A DNA stretch of 32,000 bases, from NCBI GenBank assembly GCA_964609385.1, contig CAZSSM010000005.1, positions 32,871 through 64,870 on the forward strand. Reading direction: 5' to 3'. Of this stretch, positions 26,987 to 32,000 are shown piece after piece; the stretch's first letter is position 1, and each line of letters opens with the position of its first letter. The translations under genes and the position numbers were made by a program. Origin of the DNA: an uncultured Planctomycetia bacterium. GTDB taxonomy: Bacteria > Planctomycetota > Planctomycetia > Isosphaerales > Isosphaeraceae. The notes under the pieces were generated by a model, which saw nothing but the letters and a program-made list of their open reading frames with translations, searched no databases and was not told the DNA's origin.

Positions 26987-28080
26987 TGCGGATCGCCCTC
27001 GGAAACCATCAAAGAGTCGGCATCGTGGACGGCGTTCACGGGATAGCAGACCGGATTGTGGGGGCTGTCGATGAGTTGTCCGGCCTCGACCCCGGGCATG
27101 AACTTCTTCCAGTCGCCGGAGACCATCGTGGGCCGCTCGACAACCTTGGCACCGTCGGCGAAGTAGGTCGTCGCCAACACCATCCGCTGGATCGAGGTCC
27201 GATTCGATCCGGCTGCATGACAGTTTAACGTATGATGGAAGCTGACTTCACCAAGTTCGAACGGATCGTCATGGATCGAGATCCCATGGTCCTCGATGAC
27301 CCGAATAATTTTCGAGTCGTAGCTGGTATCGAACTTGTTGAACGGGATCGCTTCGACCGCCTTATAGGTGTCGATCCCCTCGGCGAACATGAGTGGTCCC
27401 ATCTCATGTGGAATGGCCTGTAAAGGGGCCCAGAGCGTCAAGACATCGAGCGAATCGATGGGGAAGTGGGTGGCATCATAGTGCCAAGGTGTCCGACCAC
27501 AGCCGGGTTCCTTGGAGAGGCCGTTGTCATGATACAACCGGACCGCATCGACACCGATGAGCGCAGCGGCGATCCCGCCCAGCCTTGGGCTGAGGGCGAA
27601 CGTTCGGCAGATCGGGCTCTCCAGCCACATCATTTCGAGGCTGCTGAATTTTCGGGTGGGGTCATCGGCCAGGGCGTCGCGGAACAACCGCTTCAACTCG
27701 ACTCGGAGGACATGCATCACCCCGGGATCGAGGACACCCTTCAGTTTGATGTAGCCCTGCCGTTGAAAGAAATCGACCTGCTCGTTCGAGATGGGGTAGG
27801 GTTCGTTCAGGGCGTTGACGAACTCGTCGAGACCGCCAATCCGTTCGGGCGGCGGGGGATCCTGATATCCCTCAGGGCCGATCGACCCCGCAGCCGATGA
27901 TTCCGAATTGTCGGCGAGAGAGACATACCAGTCCCACCATTGCTGGTTCCCTTGATCCCACTGAAGATAAATATCTTCGGTTTGAAGATGATCGTTGGAC
28001 AGGAACGCGTTTGTGGCCTTGGGTCGTTCGCTCACGGGCTCGTCACTCTCGGAGGTGGAGAACGGTTCGGTCGTCGACAT
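26983..28080 (-). CDS. Phytanoyl-CoA dioxygenase (PhyH)-family Fe(II)/2-oxoglutarate oxygenase with ~130-aa N-terminal extension
   Basis: PhyH-like entry is FFQRQGYIKLKGVLDP. The HxD facial-triad element is TPWHYDATHFP, and the distal His/Arg region is VSFHHTLNCHAAGSNRT. I prefer ATG 28080 (MSTTEPFSTSESDEP). The longest ORF reaches 28257, but that extra N-terminus looks non-native. Confidence 0.8.
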   Translation of the reverse strand: MSTTEPFSTSESDEPVSERPKATNAFLSNDHLQTEDIYLQWDQGNQQWWDWYVSLADNSESSAAGSIGPEGYQDPPPPERIGGLDEFVNALNEPYPISNEQVDFFQRQGYIKLKGVLDPGVMHVLRVELKRLFRDALADDPTRKFSSLEMMWLESPICRTFALSPRLGGIAAALIGVDAVRLYHDNGLSKEPGCGRTPWHYDATHFPIDSLDVLTLWAPLQAIPHEMGPLMFAEGIDTYKAVEAIPFNKFDTSYDSKIIRVIEDHGISIHDDPFELGEVSFHHTLNCHAAGSNRTSIQRMVLATTYFADGAKVVERPTMVSGDWKKFMPGVEAGQLIDSPHNPVCYPVNAVHDADSLMVSEGDPQ

Positions 28081-28321
28081 GTCGCCGAACCGGGTCCCAT
28101 CGATCGGAAAGGGGAACTGGGCATCCCCCTGCCCCTCTTGTTGTACTCCCTGATCGGCTCGGAAGCGAGCGTCAAGCAACCGGGTCGTTGCGGCGGGCCT
28201 CATGAGATGGCAATGTGGATTGCGTTGTTGTCCTTCAGCACAACACCGATCCAACATCGTGATCGCGGCCCTTTCAGCGATCGGACATTCCGTTCAGCCA
28301 TCCCAGGGAGACGAGACCTTC

Positions 28322-29671
28322 ATGAACGCGCAGCGCCCCGTTGGACGTCCCACCCGTCGTCAGTTCCTGCAATGGTCGGCCTTGGCGGCCGGTTCGGGCC
28401 TCTGGGGGATCCGGAGCGTCCAAGGCCGTGCCCGCTCTGTCCAGGAAGAGATCCGCTTCGCCTGCATCGGTGTGGGCGGCAAGGGGTCCAGCGACACCGA
28501 TGCGGCCGGGGGACACGGCATCGTCGTGGGTCTCTGTGACATCGACGATCAGAAGATGGCCGAGAAGGCTGCGGAGTTCCCCAAGGCCAAGCAGTACTAC
28601 GACTTTCGGAAGATGCTCGACGAGTTGGACGGCCAGATCGACGCGGTGACCGTCAGCACGCCCGACCACACCCATGCGCCCGCCGCGATCCGCGCCATGC
28701 GTCAAGGCTTGCACTGCTTCTGCCAGAAGCCGCTGACCTGGTCGGTCGGTGAAGCCAAGTTGATGCGGGAACTCGCCGCCGAGAAGGGTCTGGCCACCCA
28801 GATGGGCAACCAAGGGACCGCCCAGGACGGATTCCGTGCTGGGGCCGAGATACTCATGTCGGGCGCACTGGGCGACGTCAAGGAGATGCACGTCTGGACC
28901 AACCGGCCGATCTGGCCGCAAGGCCAGGGACGCCCCACCGAAGCCCCAAAGGTGCCCAAGTCGATCCACTGGGATGAGTTCCTCGGACCGGCCCCTGAGC
29001 GCCCCTACCACCCGTCCTATCACCCGTTCAACTGGCGTGGCTGGCTCGACTACGGGACCGGCGCCTTGGGCGATATGGCCTGCCACACCCTCAACGTCGC
29101 CTTCCTCGGCCTCGATCTGGTCGACCCCCTCTCGGTCGAATGCACCGATACCTCGGGCATCGTCGACGAAGAGACCTACCCGCTCTGGTCGATCATCCGT
29201 TACGAGTTCGGCGCCCGCAACGGTCGCGGCCCGCTGACCCTCTACTGGTACTCCGGTGGCGAGGACCTGCCAACGGACCGTCGCCCGTTCGTCGATATGA
29301 TCGAAGACGAGGAGCTGCCGGAGAGCGGCCTGCTGATCGTCGGCGAGAAAGGCAAGTTCTTCAGCAAGAACGACTACGGCGCCGAGCATGTCCTGCTGCC
29401 CCGCGCTGAGTTCGCTGACTTCGTCCCGCCCAGCCCGACGCTGCCCCGATCGCCCGGCCACTTCACCGAGTTCGCCCGGGCCATCAAGGGCGGGCCCAAG
29501 CCGATGTCCAACTTCGACTATGCCGGCAAGCTCACCGAGACCGTCCTGCTCGGCGTCGTCGCGCTCAAGGCCGGCACCAAGGTCGAGTGGGACCCAGCGG
29601 CCTATAACGGCCGCAATGTCGATATCTCCCACCTCATCCACCGGGATTACCGGAAGGGCTGGGAGATCTGA
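28322..29671 (+). CDS. Gfo/Idh/MocA-family oxidoreductase with twin-arginine (Tat) signal
   Basis: MNAQRPVGRPTRRQFLQWSALAAGSGLWG carries the Tat motif RRQFL. The Rossmann region is IRFACIGVGGKGSSD, and VSTPDHTHAP...CQKPL is typical of Gfo/Idh/MocA proteins. GGGAGA lies 11 nt upstream of ATG 28322. Confidence 0.9.
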   Translation: MNAQRPVGRPTRRQFLQWSALAAGSGLWGIRSVQGRARSVQEEIRFACIGVGGKGSSDTDAAGGHGIVVGLCDIDDQKMAEKAAEFPKAKQYYDFRKMLDELDGQIDAVTVSTPDHTHAPAAIRAMRQGLHCFCQKPLTWSVGEAKLMRELAAEKGLATQMGNQGTAQDGFRAGAEILMSGALGDVKEMHVWTNRPIWPQGQGRPTEAPKVPKSIHWDEFLGPAPERPYHPSYHPFNWRGWLDYGTGALGDMACHTLNVAFLGLDLVDPLSVECTDTSGIVDEETYPLWSIIRYEFGARNGRGPLTLYWYSGGEDLPTDRRPFVDMIEDEELPESGLLIVGEKGKFFSKNDYGAEHVLLPRAEFADFVPPSPTLPRSPGHFTEFARAIKGGPKPMSNFDYAGKLTETVLLGVVALKAGTKVEWDPAAYNGRNVDISHLIHRDYRKGWEI

Positions 29672-29690
29672 ACAGTCTCGGATCGACAGT

Positions 29691-29726
29691 CGGGGCCGAC
29701 AACGGCCCTGGCTACCCTGAGTTCTG
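29691..29726 (+). terminator. Hairpin plus T-rich tract downstream of the oxidoreductase gene
   Basis: CGGGGCCG (29691-29698) and CGGCCCTG (29703-29710) form an 8-bp stem, including one G-U pair, around an ACAA loop. It is followed by a T-rich stretch (GAGTTCTGTTGTTTGT). Confidence 0.4.
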
Positions 29727-29768
29727 TTGTTTGTCGAATGACTAAGCAAGCGTCTGCTTCAATCTCAA

Positions 29769-30998
29769 TCACTCAATCGCGGGTTCGGTCGTCTCGCGGA
29801 GCCGCTGGGCAACTCGTTCGGCCTCGGCCAGGGCGCGGAGCACGTTCTCGCCAAGGATCTTATGGATCTCCTCGGCGGTGTAGCCCCGGTCCAGGAGTTC
29901 CTCGGTCAGCCGTGGGTAGCCGGAGACGTCTTCGAGGCCGACCGGGGTGATGCCGATGCCGTCGTAGTCGCCGCCGATACCGACATGGTCGATGCCGGCG
30001 ACCTCGACGATGTGATCGATGTGGTCGGCGACGGTCTGGACGTTGCCCCGAACCTCGACGGCGGTCGCGGCCCAATCGTCGTAGGCCTTCTGGTAGTCCT
30101 CCGAATCAGGGAACTGCTCGCGGAGCTGTCGGCGCTTGGCCGTCAAGGTGCTCAGGGCGTCGGGCACGAGGAAGCCGGGGAAGAAGTTGACCATGATCAC
30201 GCCCCCGTTGTCGGGAATCCGCTTGAGGATCGCGTCGGGGACGTTGCGCGGATGCGGGCAGAGGGCGAAGGCGCTGGAGTGGCTGGCGATGACCGGTGCC
30301 TCGGCGATCCGGAGCACATCGTCCATCGTGGCTTCGGAGACATGCGAGATATCGACCAGCATCCCGAGTCGGTTCATCTCCACGACGACGCGCTCGCCGA
30401 ACGCGGTCAGGCCCCCGTGTCGGGCCTCGTCGGTGGCGGCGTCGGCCCAGTCGAGCGTACCGTTGTGGGTCAAGGTCATATAGCGAACGCCCAGGCGGTA
30501 GAAGTTGCGGAGCAAGGCCAAATCGTTCTCGATTGCGATGCCGCCCTCAATCCCGATCAGTGAGGCGATCCGCCCTTCGTCGACGACCCGTCGGACGTCC
30601 TCGGCGGTCAGGGCCAGGCCGAAGGTCTCGGGATAGCGGGCGATCATCCGATGGACCAGGTCAATCTGCTGGGAGACCGTCTGCGACGGCTTGGGCTGCT
30701 CGGTCGGGATGTAGACCGACCAGAATTGGGCCTTGAGCCCACCCTGCCGGAGCCGAGGGATGTCGGTGTGCGTGGCCTCGACGAGCGAACGGGCCATGTC
30801 GAACCGTCGGAAGCCGACGTCACCGAGATTCCGGAGCCGCCAAGGCAGGTCGTTGTGCCCGTCGAAGAGGAGGCCGCTGCGATGAACGTCCTGAGCTCGT
30901 GGTGAGATGGGATCGTTCGAAGGCGGTTGCGGCGTGGTGGGTTGGTTGGCGTGGAGGGTCAAGATCAGTCCGATCCGCATAAGAAACGACGGAAACAT
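29769..30998 (-). CDS. Membrane dipeptidase (peptidase family M19)
   Basis: M19 metal-binding motifs are present: LLFDGHNDLPWRLR, GIEGG, VRYMTLTHN, DISHVSE, IASHSSAFALCPHPRNVPD and HVGIGGDYDG. I prefer ATG 30998 (MFPSFLMRIGLILTL, signal-like). The longest ORF extends to 31214. Confidence 0.9.
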   Translation of the reverse strand: MFPSFLMRIGLILTLHANQPTTPQPPSNDPISPRAQDVHRSGLLFDGHNDLPWRLRNLGDVGFRRFDMARSLVEATHTDIPRLRQGGLKAQFWSVYIPTEQPKPSQTVSQQIDLVHRMIARYPETFGLALTAEDVRRVVDEGRIASLIGIEGGIAIENDLALLRNFYRLGVRYMTLTHNGTLDWADAATDEARHGGLTAFGERVVVEMNRLGMLVDISHVSEATMDDVLRIAEAPVIASHSSAFALCPHPRNVPDAILKRIPDNGGVIMVNFFPGFLVPDALSTLTAKRRQLREQFPDSEDYQKAYDDWAATAVEVRGNVQTVADHIDHIVEVAGIDHVGIGGDYDGIGITPVGLEDVSGYPRLTEELLDRGYTAEEIHKILGENVLRALAEAERVAQRLRETTEPAIE

Positions 30999-31059
30999 TG
31001 TGATCGATCTCCGGCAGTTGGGGAATAGAGGGAAACCGCAATCGGGGTCGACGTTTCGA

Positions 31060-31449
31060 TCACGAATCCGCCTTGTCGGCCATCCGGGCCGCGACGAGGG
31101 CATCGTCGAACCGTCGGGCAGCCAATGCGGTGACGGCCAGGAGTCGGGCCGCCTCGGCTCGGGAGTCGAGTCGGAAGCAGGTCCGGGCGTGTTCCCAGGC
31201 GGTCGCCGGATCACCGCGCTGGAGGGCTTCGCGAGCGCGGCGATCGTGGTCGTCGTAGGATCGCGTCAGTCGGGCCAGCAGATCGAACTCGCAGCCACAA
31301 CGGCGACACGTCTCGGACCAGCCTTGACGCGCGCCGCAGGTGGGACATCGGAGCTGGTTCGAGCGTCGGGTCTGAGCTTTGGGATTCACGTTGGCGTTGG
31401 CATCTGCAGACATGGGGAGGGGATGTGAACGAAGAGAGGGGATGAGCAT
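31060..31449 (-). CDS. Small zinc-ribbon + helical (TPR-like) protein, hypothetical
   Basis: The zinc ribbon is CPTCGARQGWSETCRRCGCEF, a four-Cys motif. It is followed by an Ala/Arg-rich helical region (REALQRGDPATAWEHARTCFRLDSRAEAARLLAVTALAARRFDDAL). Start candidates are TTG 31464, ATG 31449 and ATG 31413. It sits immediately downstream of the Hsp70-like gene on the same strand. Confidence 0.45.
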   Translation of the reverse strand: MLIPSLRSHPLPMSADANANVNPKAQTRRSNQLRCPTCGARQGWSETCRRCGCEFDLLARLTRSYDDHDRRAREALQRGDPATAWEHARTCFRLDSRAEAARLLAVTALAARRFDDALVAARMADKADS

Positions 31450-31486
31450 CGAGGCGATCAGCAACGTGTCGATGGCTCTGCGACTG

Positions 31487-32000
31487 TTAACGGTCTTCGA
31501 TGTAGAAGAGGATGTTGTCGATCTCGCCGAGGATCTGGTTGACTTGCTCGGTGTCGGCAGAGTCGATGGCCTTCTGGAGTTTGTCTTTCAGCTCCCCGAG
31601 TTCGGTCGCATCTTCGTCGGTCGCCTTGTCGCCGAGCGCTTCGATCTTGGCCAGGATGGTTTCGGCCTTCTGCTGAAGTTCACGGAGCGCCGGATCGATG
31701 GTCTCGGGTTCGGGCGTGACGTCACGGACGTCGCCGGGCGACTCGGTCGCGGCTGCTTCACCGACGGCATCGACGAAGATCTGTTCGATCCGGTCGGCTG
31801 CATCGCTGCGCTGCTGGATCTTGAACCGTTCGGCGGCGTTGTCGATCGTGACGGCCTTGGCCAATCCGGTGGATCGCTCGGTGGCGGTGACCTTAAGGAT
31901 CCCGTCGAGGTCCAGCTCCAGTTTGACGACGATCACGTTGCCGGCCTTGACCTTGGCCAGCCCTTCGATGGTGAACTCACCGACGAGGTCGTTGTTGCGG
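31487..32000 (-). CDS. Hsp70-family chaperone paralog, C-terminal part (5' end beyond right window edge)
   Basis: Hand translation from the window edge gives RNNDLVGEFTIEGLAKVKAGNVIVVKLELDLDGILKVTATERSTGLAKAVTI. This matches the Hsp70 substrate-binding-domain pattern (GxFxLxG...IxVxFxIDxNGIL.V.A.d..tg). It is followed by a short acidic helical lid ending FYIEDR. There is no EEVD-type tail, so it is probably not the canonical DnaK. Confidence 0.85.
   Translation of the reverse strand, partial: RNNDLVGEFTIEGLAKVKAGNVIVVKLELDLDGILKVTATERSTGLAKAVTIDNAAERFKIQQRSDAADRIEQIFVDAVGEAAATESPGDVRDVTPEPETIDPALRELQQKAETILAKIEALGDKATDEDATELGELKDKLQKAIDSADTEQVNQILGEIDNILFYIEDR

Noticed and set aside
28274-29749. 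491-aa ORF on the minus strand spanning the whole oxidoreductase gene
   Set aside because: It is a typical high-GC antisense shadow ORF: R/G/A/P/D-rich with no motifs. The plus-strand frame has a Tat signal, a Rossmann motif and Gfo/Idh/MocA signatures.

Overview
High-GC bacterial chromosomal segment. The gene content suggests Planctomycetota: Tat-signal Gfo/Idh/MocA oxidoreductase, HEAT-repeat and giant AsmA-like proteins, long intergenic spacers. This taxonomic guess is inference only. I support 21 protein-coding regions. Recognisable housekeeping genes are tilS, truB, an M19 dipeptidase and an Hsp70 paralog (partial). A TetR-regulated RND efflux module (tetR, periplasmic adaptor, RND permease) carries three visible ATGAC-N4-GTCAT operators. 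There is also a methyltransferase / PhyH-dioxygenase two-gene operon, and a tilS / GT-C glycosyltransferase / AsmA-like envelope cluster. I found no rRNA, tRNA, CRISPR array, transposase or integrase. Three places look non-ordinary. (a) A ~1.2 kb ORF-free, motif- and hairpin-rich spacer at 16862-18048 leads into a lower-GC single gene at 18049-20103. That gene encodes a channel-like 2-TM module, two TrkA-N/RCK Rossmann domains and C-terminal RyR-like repeats. (b) An apparent compositional islet at 11.5-14.8 kb has ~860 bp without a credible ORF, an orphan protein with an N-terminal HTH and C-terminal TM helices, and AT-rich flanks. (c) The uncharacterised MTase-PhyH pair. I see no clear, complete multi-gene novel system; the RyR/TrkA-N channel-like gene plus its long upstream spacer is my best candidate. 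All domain calls come from motif recognition by eye; no database search was run. The ORF track uses ATG/GTG/TTG starts, and I adjusted several starts on Shine-Dalgarno or N-terminal plausibility.
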